A DNA stretch of 64,000 bases, taken from a virus. Shown here one piece after another: positions 19,160 to 28,756 of the stretch; position 1 is the stretch's first letter, and each line of letters opens with the position of its first letter. Below the pieces are notes generated by a model that ran no database searches, was not told the origin of the DNA, and saw only the letters and a list, made by a program, of their open reading frames with translations. The stretch is taken from IMG/VR virus record IMGVR_UViG_3300017765_000001, positions 32,001 through 96,000 of that record; one strand, 5' to 3'. Both the position numbers and the translations under genes were made by a program.

Positions 19160-20092
19160 TCAACTATCAGCAAGTTTAGAGAAGTAAGACATAGGATCAT
19201 CGTCATCAGAAGTGGATGTTGATTCAACTTGCTTTGATGCCTTGTAAGAATCTTCAAGTTTCTGCATAACATCTTCTTCGCTGACAGACTTCTGTTCTGT
19301 TGCTGCGTAGTTGTCATATTCAGTCTCCTCCTGTGCTACATTACGTGTTGATTTTGATCCCAGAACATAATCAAGACGCTTCTTCAGTTCATCATAGGTT
19401 TTGAACTGATCAGCAGCAGTAAATGCACTCAGAGAATATTGCTTCTTCCAAAGTGCTTCAAGGGCATCATCATCATCCAGGAGAGGACCCTGACGATCAA
19501 ACTCAGAGGAGTCATAATTCCAATACCCAGCAACCTTCTTCAACTTCAGTTTGAAGTTTGCACCTTGCCAGAAGTCAAAGGGGTTGATAGGAGTTTCATC
19601 TTCAAACTCAGGTTGCATGGCATCCATGATCTTGTCAAAGATCTTCTTACCAAACTTATAAAGGAATACACCACCCTCATTCTGAGGATTGGCAGGATCT
19701 TTCACAACATAGATGTTTGCATAAAAAGAAAGCTTACGCTTTTGCTTACGAACAACATCCTTATCAGACTCATTTCCACTGTTCCAGAGTTCACGATTGA
19801 GTTCTCCAACAGGATCTTTCCCACTAACTGTTGTCAGTGAGTTTTCAATATACCATCCACCAGGTCCTTGGAATGCATGAGAATACAGTTTCACCCAGGG
19901 GAGATCTTCTCCTTCAGGTGCTGGTAGGAAGCGAATGACTGCATATCCATTACCAGACTTGTCCATTTCTGGTTTCCAGAGGCGATCATCTGCCCCACTA
20001 CCACCAGAGTTATTCATTTTTTCAACTTCTTTCACCAACTTATTGGTGAGAGACCCAAGTGAAGATTGTTTCTTCAGGTCTGAAAAAGACAT
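19160..20092 (-). CDS. gp32: Single-stranded DNA-binding protein gp32
   Basis: DDRLWKP..DKSGNGYAVIRFLPAP...HAFQGPGGWYIENSLTT; acidic tail. Confidence 0.95.
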   Translation of the reverse strand: MSFSDLKKQSSLGSLTNKLVKEVEKMNNSGGSGADDRLWKPEMDKSGNGYAVIRFLPAPEGEDLPWVKLYSHAFQGPGGWYIENSLTTVSGKDPVGELNRELWNSGNESDKDVVRKQKRKLSFYANIYVVKDPANPQNEGGVFLYKFGKKIFDKIMDAMQPEFEDETPINPFDFWQGANFKLKLKKVAGYWNYDSSEFDRQGPLLDDDDALEALWKKQYSLSAFTAADQFKTYDELKKRLDYVLGSKSTRNVAQEETEYDNYAATEQKSVSEEDVMQKLEDSYKASKQVESTSTSDDDDPMSYFSKLADS

Positions 20093-20162
20093 TGGATTTA
20101 CCTCTTATTTGTTAGATTTGGCCTGTTCCCTTAGCTTGTGTGAGGGTTGGGTAGCCTCTTAT

Positions 20163-20190
20163 ATTCTATTGGGTTTGTGTCAGTTGTCAA
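20163..20190 (-). promoter_or_regulatory. Sigma70-like promoter for gp32
   Basis: TTGACA-16-TAGAAT. Confidence 0.6.
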
Positions 20191-20519
20191 GAATTATTCA
20201 AAGACTTCTTCATATTCTCAATCATATTAACCATATTGGAGAAAACATAATCAAGATTCACATCTGGGGGGAACCCAAGTTGTTTTGCTTGTGATATGAT
20301 GTTTTCTTTCATTTTGACAGCATCAGGATCATCAGACAATGTAAGTCTAGTATAAAAGATTCTCTGCCTCTTCAGCAGATCTTCCATCATTTCTATATGT
20401 TCTATTTTATCCTCTTTGCTCATGGCAGGAAAAAGGAAAACAGATTTATAGACCTTCTCTTGAAGTTTCTCAATCTCTCTCATTTCCTGCTGAACAATAT
20501 CAGACTTAAAATAACTCAT
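20187..20519 (-). CDS. Conserved cyanophage protein (DUF1825-like)
   Basis: MSYFKSDIVQQE...RQRIFYTRLTLSDDPDA. Confidence 0.65.
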   Translation of the reverse strand: MSYFKSDIVQQEMREIEKLQEKVYKSVFLFPAMSKEDKIEHIEMMEDLLKRQRIFYTRLTLSDDPDAVKMKENIISQAKQLGFPPDVNLDYVFSNMVNMIENMKKSLNNS

Positions 20520-21118
20520 ATCCCTAGAACCTGTTTAAGAATTTTCCTATAGCGTAACACATCAATATGTAGGAAGGATTTATACTTGTCAATTCTGAGT
20601 GAAAGAAAATCCCACACAGGATCATTCATTTTATTATCAAAATCTTTCTTGAATCCAAGAATGTTTTCAAGAATAATGAAAGTCTCTAATGATATGTTGT
20701 TCTGAAGAAGCTCTTTCACAAGAACAGGATGTTTACCATTCTCAATGTGAAATACCTCATCAAATTTATGATCACTAAACAGTGTGTCTACCTGCTCCTT
20801 AAAGAGGTAAGACATAGACTGCATCTTCTTCTTCCAGTCTGTGTAATAGTCTTCACCATTTCTCACAATCTCACCAATCCATAAGGACTCTGGATTATCA
20901 CATGCTACAAAATTAGATACAAAAAACTCAATCACCTCACTATCATTTTTTTGTCTGCTGAGTTTCTCAAAGAAATATCTATCTTTCCTTTTGTAAAAAC
21001 TCTGCACAGATGCTTTTGATCTACCACAATACTTGTGGTAGTCATACTTCTGTTTTGTAAAATGATTTTTCAATCCAAGATAGGACTTGTATGTATCAAA
21101 TGGTTTCACCTTGATCAT
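20516..21118 (-). CDS. gp59: Helicase loader gp59
   Basis: YLGLKNHFT...YDYHKY.G...FYKRKDRYFFEKLSR. Confidence 0.9.
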   Translation of the reverse strand: MIKVKPFDTYKSYLGLKNHFTKQKYDYHKYCGRSKASVQSFYKRKDRYFFEKLSRQKNDSEVIEFFVSNFVACDNPESLWIGEIVRNGEDYYTDWKKKMQSMSYLFKEQVDTLFSDHKFDEVFHIENGKHPVLVKELLQNNISLETFIILENILGFKKDFDNKMNDPVWDFLSLRIDKYKSFLHIDVLRYRKILKQVLGI

Positions 21119-21290
21119 TTATCTCTTCAAAATCAACAATTTCATCAAGTTTAACAACATGCTTATTGTCAATAAGATAGGTGTGTTCTCCATCAATCAT
21201 ACCCAAATACTTGAGTTGATCTTCAGGAAGATATCCCTCTCTTATTGCAGCAAGCATTCTGAGGTGTCTGAGTTCTTTGTAAGAAATCAT
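21096..21290 (-). CDS. Hypothetical protein
   Basis: ORF translationally coupled between gp33 and gp59. Confidence 0.55.
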   Translation of the reverse strand: MISYKELRHLRMLAAIREGYLPEDQLKYLGMIDGEHTYLIDNKHVVKLDEIVDFEEINDQGETI

Positions 21291-21547
21291 AGTGGTAACT
21301 TAGCACGAGATGTTCTTTTTAACAAGTTCAACTCCATTGCTTCTGCTTTCAGTTTTTCCTTAAGTGGTTTTGAAACTAACTTAGGTACTGACTCAACATC
21401 CACATTGTTTTTCTCACAGAAAAAAATGATTGCATCTATGTACTTCATGCCCTTATTTTCAAGCACAGTCTTTTCAATCTCTTCAGCAAACTTTTTAGAA
21501 CTGTAGAACTTCTTCTCTATCAGTTCATTAATGTTCTCTTCAGGCAT
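21287..21547 (-). CDS. gp33: Late transcription coactivator gp33 (start trimmed to MPEEN)
   Basis: FAEEIEK...YIDAIIFFCEKNN...KLVSKPLKEKLKAEAMELNLLK. Confidence 0.85.
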   Translation of the reverse strand: MPEENINELIEKKFYSSKKFAEEIEKTVLENKGMKYIDAIIFFCEKNNVDVESVPKLVSKPLKEKLKAEAMELNLLKRTSRAKLPL

Positions 21548-22205
21548 AGGTTTGAAGCTTAAATTCAACAAACTCTCTAATGTATTCTGAGAGTAAGTTG
21601 ATATACTTTCTCTTGTCGTATTGTTCATAAACTACACATTCTCCATTTTCACAAGACATTATGATGACAAACTTCTTCACCATTATACCAGTCATTTCAT
21701 ATAACATGCAAGCATATGCTGCACATTGTACATAATAGTGCTCAATCCACTTTTCAGGTTTTGGTTTCTTACTAGTCTTAAAATCAATCACAGCAAGTTC
21801 ACCCTCATATTCAGCAATGCAATCAACTGTTCCAGCAACACCCAATTCTTTGCTAAAGAGTGCTTGCTCAATAGCATGAATGTTATCTATCTTGTCTAGA
21901 TCAGATTTAGCTTGTAGAAAGAGAAATTGCGATAGTGGTTGGACTTCAGGTAATTTAATATTGCGAAGATGGCACTCAGCAAGAGTATGCATGTCAGTGC
22001 CCCTGCTTGTGGATTGCTTTGTGATCTTGTTTGCTTCTACATTACCTACCCTTGCTCTCCATTCTCTGAAGATCTCTCTGTTGTAATGACTAATGATAGA
22101 TGTAATAGAAACAAGTTTATTTCCATCTGGAGTGTCATAGTATCTAACACCATCAATCATCTCCCTATCTAATTTAGGGTAATCAATCTCAATATGTTTG
22201 AACAT
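21540..22205 (-). CDS. PD-(D/E)xK exonuclease
   Basis: RGTDMH...AGTVDCIAEYEGELAVIDFKTS...YYVQ..AYA. Confidence 0.85.
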   Translation of the reverse strand: MFKHIEIDYPKLDREMIDGVRYYDTPDGNKLVSITSIISHYNREIFREWRARVGNVEANKITKQSTSRGTDMHTLAECHLRNIKLPEVQPLSQFLFLQAKSDLDKIDNIHAIEQALFSKELGVAGTVDCIAEYEGELAVIDFKTSKKPKPEKWIEHYYVQCAAYACMLYEMTGIMVKKFVIIMSCENGECVVYEQYDKRKYINLLSEYIREFVEFKLQTYA

Positions 22206-22975
22206 TAGAGTCCTAATTCAAGTTTTGTTGTTATGTACTCTTTGACAAATCCACTTCTGCAGATATCTTCAGCTTGGAATTCAATGACATCAAAGGATGG
22301 CATGTTCTTCAAGATACGCATGAAATCAATGATGCCATTCTTCTCACTCATCTTAATAAGGTCAGTCTGTGTTGCATCACCACAGAACATGATCTTTGAA
22401 CCTTCACCTACTCTGGTGATGATAGAGTCCAATTCATGGAAATTCAAATTCTGAAACTCATCAACAATCAAAATTGAATTATCAAAGGTTGTACCTCTAA
22501 TATATGATGTGCTCCAGAAACTAATAGTTCCCTGTGCCTTAAGATTATTGTAAAGCATATCAAAAGATGAGTCATCAGGCATCTCAAACATATACTTTAC
22601 CATATTCTTATATGGAATTTGATAGATGTCTGATTTGTCCTCATGATCACCAGGCAGGAATCCAATCTCTCTGGTAGGCACCAAAGATCTCACAATATAG
22701 ATTTTCTCATACTGAGTGTTAACATTCAATACATCCTGAAGTGCATTATATAAGGTAATGAATGTCTTGCCTGTGCCTGCACACCCATAGGCAACCATAT
22801 TTTGGTTCTTCTTGTATGAATTAAAGAAAATCTCCTGGTTGTCAGTCAGTGGTTCAATTTTCTTGGCATAATCAAGATTAATTGGTTTCTTTCGCTTCAT
22901 TTGTCTATTACTCATTCCAAATGGGACTGGATTGGTGCTACCAATACCTGAAGACTTTCCTCTACTCTTGGGCAT
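22205..22975 (-). CDS. phoH: PhoH-family ATPase
   Basis: Walker A GCAGTGKT; IGFLPG; RGTTF; DEFQN; CGDATQTD. Confidence 0.95.
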   Translation of the reverse strand: MPKSRGKSSGIGSTNPVPFGMSNRQMKRKKPINLDYAKKIEPLTDNQEIFFNSYKKNQNMVAYGCAGTGKTFITLYNALQDVLNVNTQYEKIYIVRSLVPTREIGFLPGDHEDKSDIYQIPYKNMVKYMFEMPDDSSFDMLYNNLKAQGTISFWSTSYIRGTTFDNSILIVDEFQNLNFHELDSIITRVGEGSKIMFCGDATQTDLIKMSEKNGIIDFMRILKNMPSFDVIEFQAEDICRSGFVKEYITTKLELGL

Positions 22976-22984
22976 AAACTCTAA

Positions 22985-23227
22985 TTAAACAGGATTAACA
23001 TTTGAACCTGGCATCTTGGATACCTTATGAAGAACATCATTCCAACCTGGATGTGACTTCTTCAGTTTATCATATGTCTCCCCTACTTCTCCCACGCCAG
23101 CACATCCAGCTGACCAATCTTTATCCCAATCAGGATTTTCATCTCTCCACTCACTATATTTAATCATAGTCATATGGAGAGTTTGTGTCTCTCCTGTCTT
23201 CATATTTTTCACTGGATATGTTGGCAT
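22985..23227 (-). CDS. Conserved cyanophage hypothetical protein
   Basis: MPTYPV... family usually found between thyX and phoH. Confidence 0.65.
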   Translation of the reverse strand: MPTYPVKNMKTGETQTLHMTMIKYSEWRDENPDWDKDWSAGCAGVGEVGETYDKLKKSHPGWNDVLHKVSKMPGSNVNPV

Positions 23228-23253
23228 ATCAACCTCAATTGTATGTATATTTA

Positions 23254-23889
23254 TTAAACCCAGTCAAGGGCACCCCCAATGATGGGAAATTGTTCAGTAA
23301 AGAGTCTCTTACACTCATTGGCAATGTCCATATGTTCTTTCTGAGTTCCATTGGCAGATCTCAGATCAATATAGTGAATCCATGAACGAACAGATCCAGT
23401 CATGTACATTCTAGTTGGAGTTGCTAATGGTAAGACCATACGAGCACACTCCTTTGCTACACCTCTTTCAAGCATCTGTTGATACAGTGCCATAGAAGAG
23501 TCAAACAGAGTCTGCATCTGGAGTTCCAGATTTTGTTTAACAAATGGGTCAAGATCATCAGTGGAATTCTGACGATTCTTAGTGTCCTGACGTCTCAATT
23601 CTGGAAGAGGAATCTTATCCATCAACAAAGATGAATCAGCATACCTTTGTGAAAATTCTTGATATGTGAAGCTCCTATGACGTAGCACTTGAGCCGCAAT
23701 TGCTCTTGATGTTTCTATCTCAAGAGTCATGTATGCCTGTTCAAAGATGCTCCAATGCTTGTGCTTGATGCAATACTTGATAAGACCCTCAAAGGAATCA
23801 TTGCCCTGGTTAGTGGGGTTACTGACCCTTGCACAGTAAGCAATGTGCTTCTCTGCATCGGGGGTGACTGATAGTAGTGTTACTTTCAT
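23254..23889 (-). CDS. thyX: Flavin-dependent thymidylate synthase
   Basis: RHRSFTYQEFSQRY ThyX motif. Confidence 0.95.
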   Translation of the reverse strand: MKVTLLSVTPDAEKHIAYCARVSNPTNQGNDSFEGLIKYCIKHKHWSIFEQAYMTLEIETSRAIAAQVLRHRSFTYQEFSQRYADSSLLMDKIPLPELRRQDTKNRQNSTDDLDPFVKQNLELQMQTLFDSSMALYQQMLERGVAKECARMVLPLATPTRMYMTGSVRSWIHYIDLRSANGTQKEHMDIANECKRLFTEQFPIIGGALDWV

Positions 23890-24454
23890 TTAAAATTCTT
23901 CCTCACCTTTTTTAGTTCCTTTAGTTCCTCTTTAATTTGTTGATAAGCATCCTCTGTTTTGATTTTGTCTGCCATTTCCATGGCTGTGATTATTTCAACT
24001 CTTGTTCCAAAATGTTGTAGTGCCCTTTCAAAACAATCTAATTCTTCGTACATTTTAACCTCTATTGAAGTATGCATTGAAATATGCACTGATACCATTG
24101 GATGTTTTATTGCCTTGAGAAATCCAGGTATCAACACACTCATAAATGTCTTGAGTGCTGTAAGGTGCCTCCTCTATCCTTACACCTCCATATTTATTGA
24201 GTAGAATATTAAGGCATCCTGCCCTAAGTTTCATTCTGTCCTCTGTGTATCTCCAATCTTGGTTAGTCTGGATATCCATCATCATCATTAAAAATTTCAT
24301 CATAGTCAGAGATTGGGGCATAGTATGATGCTGGATCATCTAAGTTTTCTCTCTTGTCAAGGTATGCAGTAGTATCAGAGTAAACTTCAGACTCTAGTGC
24401 ATCTACAAGTAATTTAAGATTTCTGACAATTAGTTTGAGTTTATCCTTTTCCAT
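23886..24454 (-). CDS. Run of three small conserved cyanophage hypothetical ORFs
   Basis: Overlapping ORFs MEKDKLKLIVRNLK..., ...DWRYTEDRMKLR..., MYEELDCFERALQHFG... Confidence 0.55.
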
Positions 24455-24476
24455 AGGAGAATATTTACTTGTACTA

Positions 24477-24513
24477 ATTATAGATAAAAAAAGAGGACCA
24501 GTCAAGGTCCTCT
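24477..24513 (-). promoter_or_regulatory. Composite intrinsic terminator / sigma70 promoter
   Basis: AGAGGACC-TTGACT-GGTCCTCT-TTTTTT hairpin; -35 in the loop, 17-nt spacer, TATAAT. Confidence 0.7.
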
Positions 24514-24667
24514 AAAAAACTTTCCAATCAGATATGCCATGTGATTTAAGAAAAATCCATTTAGCATATGATACACCACGATATGTCAAAAGTCTAAAAA
24601 CTTTTTCTGGATCATGGGTCTCTGGATTGTACTCTGGAAGATCATAACAAAATTTGATCTTCAGCAT
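24512..24667 (-). CDS. Small DUF4278-like protein (51 aa; absent from the ORF track)
   Basis: MLKIKFCYDLPEYNPETHDPEKVFRLLTYRGVSYAKW...; LTYRGVSY motif. Confidence 0.55.
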   Translation of the reverse strand: MLKIKFCYDLPEYNPETHDPEKVFRLLTYRGVSYAKWIFLKSHGISDWKVF

Positions 24668-24780
24668 TTGTCATCCCTCAGATTTTTTTTAGAAGGAGTA
24701 TTTCACCATACCATAATGACATTGTCGCAAAACAAGCAAGAGTGGTGACTGCTGTGAGTTGTAGTGCTCCCATAATTACC

Positions 24781-24945
24781 TCATTTGGTATAGGTACGAC
24801 CACGATAGCAGAAGGTGCCATGAGGCTCCTGTCCTGCCTTACGAACTTCACACTTTACACCACGATATGCAGTGTGAGTGATTCGTGCGTCATGCAGAGC
24901 TGCTGCCTTGTTAATTTGCTTCTTAATGATTGTAAGTGTGTTCAT
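24781..24945 (-). CDS. DUF4278 small protein (54 aa)
   Basis: Two YRG motifs (TAYRGV, FCYRGRTY); AGGAGA RBS at 24951-24956; downstream of glutamine riboswitch. Confidence 0.8.
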   Translation of the reverse strand: MNTLTIIKKQINKAAALHDARITHTAYRGVKCEVRKAGQEPHGTFCYRGRTYTK

Positions 24946-24978
24946 TGATTTCTCCTGAAAGTAAGGGGTTTTTAATCC

Positions 24979-25221
24979 CGTTCCTTCAGTCGTTTGCGTC
25001 CCATCTACACTCAGAAGTATAGTCCTGAATGGTTTCAATTAATTCTAACTTCCACTCTGCTTTCAGATTCTCATGCTTTTGGATCCTAAGGACCATAGCA
25101 TCAGCATCTGAACATGTAATGGTTGATGAAAGAAAAAATTCAAACATGGGATGAACGCTCCGTTCCGCGACTTACTTGCGTCCTGAGACTGAATTTTACT
25201 TCTGACTCTTGGATGAACGAT
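24979..25221 (-). ncRNA. Double glnA-type glutamine riboswitch
   Basis: CGUUCA-UCC..GGA-CGCAAGUA-AGUCG-CGGAACG followed by CGUUCA-UCCCAU..AUGGGA-CGCAAA-CGACU-GAAGGAACG; matches the glnA three-way junction/E-loop consensus as I recall it. Confidence 0.8.
24986..25147 (-). CDS. 53-aa ORF embedded in the second riboswitch aptamer (absent from the ORF track)
   Basis: MFEFFLSSTITCSDADAMVLRIQKHENLKAEWKLELIETIQDYTSECRWDAND*; GGAG 10 nt upstream. Confidence 0.6.
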   Translation of the reverse strand: MFEFFLSSTITCSDADAMVLRIQKHENLKAEWKLELIETIQDYTSECRWDAND

Positions 25222-25227
25222 GGTCTT

Positions 25228-25279
25228 ATTATAGACCTCATGACTTATATAGTCAAGTTTGTATGTAACTTGTGATACA
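25228..25279 (-). promoter_or_regulatory. Sigma70 promoter with upstream NtcA-like box
   Basis: TTGACT-17-TATAAT (25228-25256) just upstream of the riboswitch; TGTA-N8-TACA at 25264-25279. Confidence 0.6.
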
Positions 25280-25291
25280 ATTTTACTATTT

Positions 25292-25564
25292 CTACAGAAT
25301 TATACCTTTGTCTCTAAAAAAGTGTAGCAAATCCTTCAAACCACCCACATGTCTTGACCCATCACTATCAATTGTAATCTGAGGATACTCTGCCTTCTCT
25401 CCAAACTCGGACTTGAATCCAATCTCTGAGAAGTCTTGGCCTACATGATAGACACTAATATCATGACCACTAAACTGGACACTTTTCAGCAGACTCTCTG
25501 CTCTCTCACACTCTTGATTGTCATTTGAGTAAATGATTGCTCTCATTAGTCTCTCTGTCTCCAA
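25292..25564 (-). CDS. Glutaredoxin-like protein
   Basis: IYS...QECERA...YPQI...HVGG thioredoxin-fold pattern, single Cys. Confidence 0.65.
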   Translation of the reverse strand: METERLMRAIIYSNDNQECERAESLLKSVQFSGHDISVYHVGQDFSEIGFKSEFGEKAEYPQITIDSDGSRHVGGLKDLLHFFRDKGIIL

Positions 25565-25860
25565 TCGTCTGGTTTGTCCTGTTTAAACCAATCAAGAATT
25601 TCATCTGCCCCATCAAATCCATTCTTGTGATTAGATGGATCAGGATCTCCTAGTCCCATCTTATTCAAAAAGTCATCAGTGCTGCCCTCCTCAATTTCTG
25701 AAGTAGACTGACGTCTTGCTTTATTTAACCAATCTCTTGCAGTTGTGTGTGCCTTTGCTAATTTCTCTACCCAGATCATGTCTTCTAGGGGAACATTCTC
25801 TTTATTAGCAATGAGCCTACAAATAGACTCTAAACGAAGTCTGTATGCAGTAGAAAGCAT
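25546..25860 (-). CDS. Conserved cyanobacterial/cyanophage hypothetical protein
   Basis: MLSTAYRLRLESIC...DDFLNKMGLGDPDPSNH...DDWRQRD. Confidence 0.65.
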   Translation of the reverse strand: MLSTAYRLRLESICRLIANKENVPLEDMIWVEKLAKAHTTARDWLNKARRQSTSEIEEGSTDDFLNKMGLGDPDPSNHKNGFDGADEILDWFKQDKPDDWRQRD

Positions 25861-25861
25861 C

Positions 25862-26107
25862 TTAATCTCTATGCAATTTTGCTTCTAAATCTGTTGTCCT
25901 TTGGAAATCAGCATATGCACCTTCAGATCTCTCATGAAGAATGTCCATGAGATCAGCATAAATTACATCTACCTCAACATAATCATTGAAGTATGAATCA
26001 ATTGCTTCTTTGAGATACCTTTTACGATTCCACTCAGGTGAATAAGGCTTATACATGATATGAGGAATACATGATTTAATCATATTACTATTTAACCACT
26101 TTGTCAA
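25862..26107 (-). CDS. Hypothetical protein
   Basis: YKPYSPEWNRKRYLKEA; real start probably internal. Confidence 0.5.
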   Translation of the reverse strand: MTKWLNSNMIKSCIPHIMYKPYSPEWNRKRYLKEAIDSYFNDYVEVDVIYADLMDILHERSEGAYADFQRTTDLEAKLHRD

Positions 26108-26430
26108 CGTTCTATCTGACCAATTCTATGTTTTGTAGCCTCTAGTTTATTGATGATGATGTCACATCCCAATTCAGGTATTGCATTGCCACAGGTAAAA
26201 AAGTCTACAGCAGCTTCTCCTCTCTCAGGCCAGGTATGAATTGAGATATGACTTTCACTTAGAAGACCCAGAATGGTCACACCATGAGGCGAGAATGATT
26301 TAGATACTATTTCTAATAGATTAACTCTACTAGTAGAGCAAGCCTCTGTGACACACTGTCTAAGAAAATATTCATCATTTAGTAATCCAAATGGGCAACC
26401 ATACAGATTTACAAAGTAATGCTTACCCAT
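26104..26430 (-). CDS. speD: S-adenosylmethionine decarboxylase proenzyme
   Basis: F.PHGVT...LLSESHISIHTWPE.G.AAVDFFTCG. Confidence 0.92.
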   Translation of the reverse strand: MGKHYFVNLYGCPFGLLNDEYFLRQCVTEACSTSRVNLLEIVSKSFSPHGVTILGLLSESHISIHTWPERGEAAVDFFTCGNAIPELGCDIIINKLEATKHRIGQIER

Positions 26431-28075
26431 CTACAGGATTATCCTCCAACTCTTTGATCATATTTGAAATAACCTTTTCAGATCCATCCAGAGTTTTCAG
26501 TTCAAAGAAATTAGATTTGCGATACTTATTCAGTTTCTTATATTTTTTGATGAGTTTGTCCAAATCATCTTTGGGCAAATCAAATTCAACATCAAATCCT
26601 TTTCCCATCTTACTTCTTCTTTTTCTCTTTGCTCTCAATACCCCAAAGTTTAGGATTACTTCTTCCCTCTGCTTGGTTCATGGTAACAAAATTCTTTTTG
26701 TAAGTATCATAATAGTGATCAAATATCTCACTTTGCTTACCTGCAAAAACTAAGTCATAATGAGATGCATCATCCACTCTATACTCTACAAGGAATGCAT
26801 TATTGGGTAGTGATTTATCCTGTGCATCAACAGGATCACAATCTTCTTTAATGATCTTCAACTTCTTCCTCCCCATTCAATATCAGGATATGCTTGTGAC
26901 ACAACATCCTTGGTGATTCTATACTTTGATCCTAGCACTTTATCCTTAATAAGGCAAATAATTTCTGCCTCACCAGGATGAAGTCCTTCTAGCATTTGGA
27001 TAAAGATAGACTCTCTACGGGTCTTAGAAAGTCCATCATTGCCACCTTTCACAAAGTGATAGAGATTCCTATACTCCTTCCTCAAAGAGGTATGGTCTGT
27101 CCCAATGGGTGCCTCATTCTTATTAAAGGGAACTTCCCCCTCAGGAAGCAAAGAGATCACTGTATCATCAAAGTTCCATATCAAGATTGAAACAAGAGCA
27201 TCATTTCTATGCTCCTTCAAAATCTCAATCTTCTTAGCATTAGATCGTTGCTTACTAGCAAACTCCAAAATCTCATGGATAAAAGGATTGGGGGGAAGTT
27301 TTTTAGTTACACTAAATTTCTTCTTCGTCGTCTGGGCCATTTTCAAACCTCACTGATAAAATTTCATCTGGGATAATCTGTCCATTCTCATCAAACATTT
27401 CAGGGTGGGTGGGAATGTATGTAGCTGTTCTTTGATATGCATACTCTCTAAGAAGATATCCAACTACACCTCCAACAACCAGAAACAATAATGAAATGAC
27501 TGTAGACAGTGTTAGGGTTACTGCTAACATTTTACCTCTCCCCTCTAGGACTGTGTTTTAAGACATCCAATGAGAAGTCTAGATTAATGTGAATCTCCCT
27601 TCTTAGTAAGGAGATCACCTTACCAAACCTCACTTGGAAAGTTTTTGGTCTGGGTTTCCTCCTTTTGTTTCTTAATAGTAATTCTACACCTCTGTTCATT
27701 TTGAGGGTATCATCACTTTTGACTTTATTTAGAGGACTTTCTTCTCCTCCCTGGTCTTTTGTCACTACTGTACCTCCATCCATCAAGAAGAATCCCATAT
27801 AGGTATTCTTTTATTTTTCTTGCCTGAGGTTTAGATATGAAACCATAAGCCTCTCTCAGTTGTTTGTGCTCATCATCAGCACCACCTTTGATATATTCTT
27901 CAAGTTGTAAAGTCAAATCACTCAGCTCTGCAGCAACAGAGCTTTCATTAAAGGCATCAATCTCATGCTTCTTGATTTTGTTATCTTTAAGAAAATCATA
28001 AAACTTGAAATTTAGATTGCCCCTGAAGGCATTGTCAATTACATGCTCAATCATATCATAGGTTTCCTCATTCAT
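26423..28075 (-). CDS. Six tandem conserved cyanophage hypothetical ORFs (26423-26638, 26610-26876, 26858-27346, 27312-27530, 27532-27798, 27725-28075)
   Basis: Tightly overlapping minus-strand ORFs between nrdC and speD. Confidence 0.6.
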
Positions 28076-28311
28076 TACACCAGTTTGTTTTCTCTGAGAT
28101 ATTTAACCGTATCCACACATCCACCAAGTTTCTCTTGATCTTTGAGAACCTGAGGGAATGTGGAACCCTGTCCAAAGACATCATAGAATTGATCTCTATC
28201 AAAGTCTCTTCCTAGTTTGTACTCCACAAATTTCAACTCTGCTAATTGTAGGACACTGATGACCTTTGTGCAATAGGGACATCCATTTTTACTGTAAACT
28301 GTGAACATCAT
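28075..28311 (-). CDS. nrdC: Glutaredoxin
   Basis: CPYC active site; TFPQV; LGG. Confidence 0.88.
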   Translation of the reverse strand: MMFTVYSKNGCPYCTKVISVLQLAELKFVEYKLGRDFDRDQFYDVFGQGSTFPQVLKDQEKLGGCVDTVKYLRENKLV

Positions 28312-28411
28312 AATAGAACTATAACTATAAAAGGAATTGCAATTATGCTTAATGATATGAGAATGCCCCCTACAATGTCAAGTAGGGGGCGTAAACTGAA
28401 TGGGTCTTCTG

Positions 28412-28726
28412 TCATTTAGATTGGTGAGGGTGGGCAGGTTTGAATTCACCTTCTGGAAATGGTTTTGAAGGTTCAAAAGGACTGCGATCCAGATTCTTGA
28501 TGACTATGAATGCATCCTTATTATATTTACGTGTTCCATATGGTGCAGCCCATTTCTTGTTATAGTTTTCACCTTGATGAATACCAGAAACCTGAGTGCC
28601 ACCAATCTCTACCACCACATCATCATAACATTCCCAACCGAGAGTGGAGATTACCTCTGATAATTTTCCAGACACTGTTTTCATTACTGCTGAAGCTTTT
28701 CTACTTGAGGAAACTTGATCTGCCAT
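28412..28726 (-). CDS. Hypothetical protein
   Basis: 104-aa ORF following a terminator hairpin at 28727-28750. Confidence 0.55.
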   Translation of the reverse strand: MADQVSSSRKASAVMKTVSGKLSEVISTLGWECYDDVVVEIGGTQVSGIHQGENYNKKWAAPYGTRKYNKDAFIVIKNLDRSPFEPSKPFPEGEFKPAHPHQSK

Positions 28727-28756
28727 TAAAAAAGGAGGATTTCTCCTCCTAGCATA

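Noticed and set aside
21540-22205. Cas4/CRISPR system
   Set aside because: This is the standard cyanophage PD-(D/E)xK exonuclease; no repeat-spacer array or cas genes were seen in the window.
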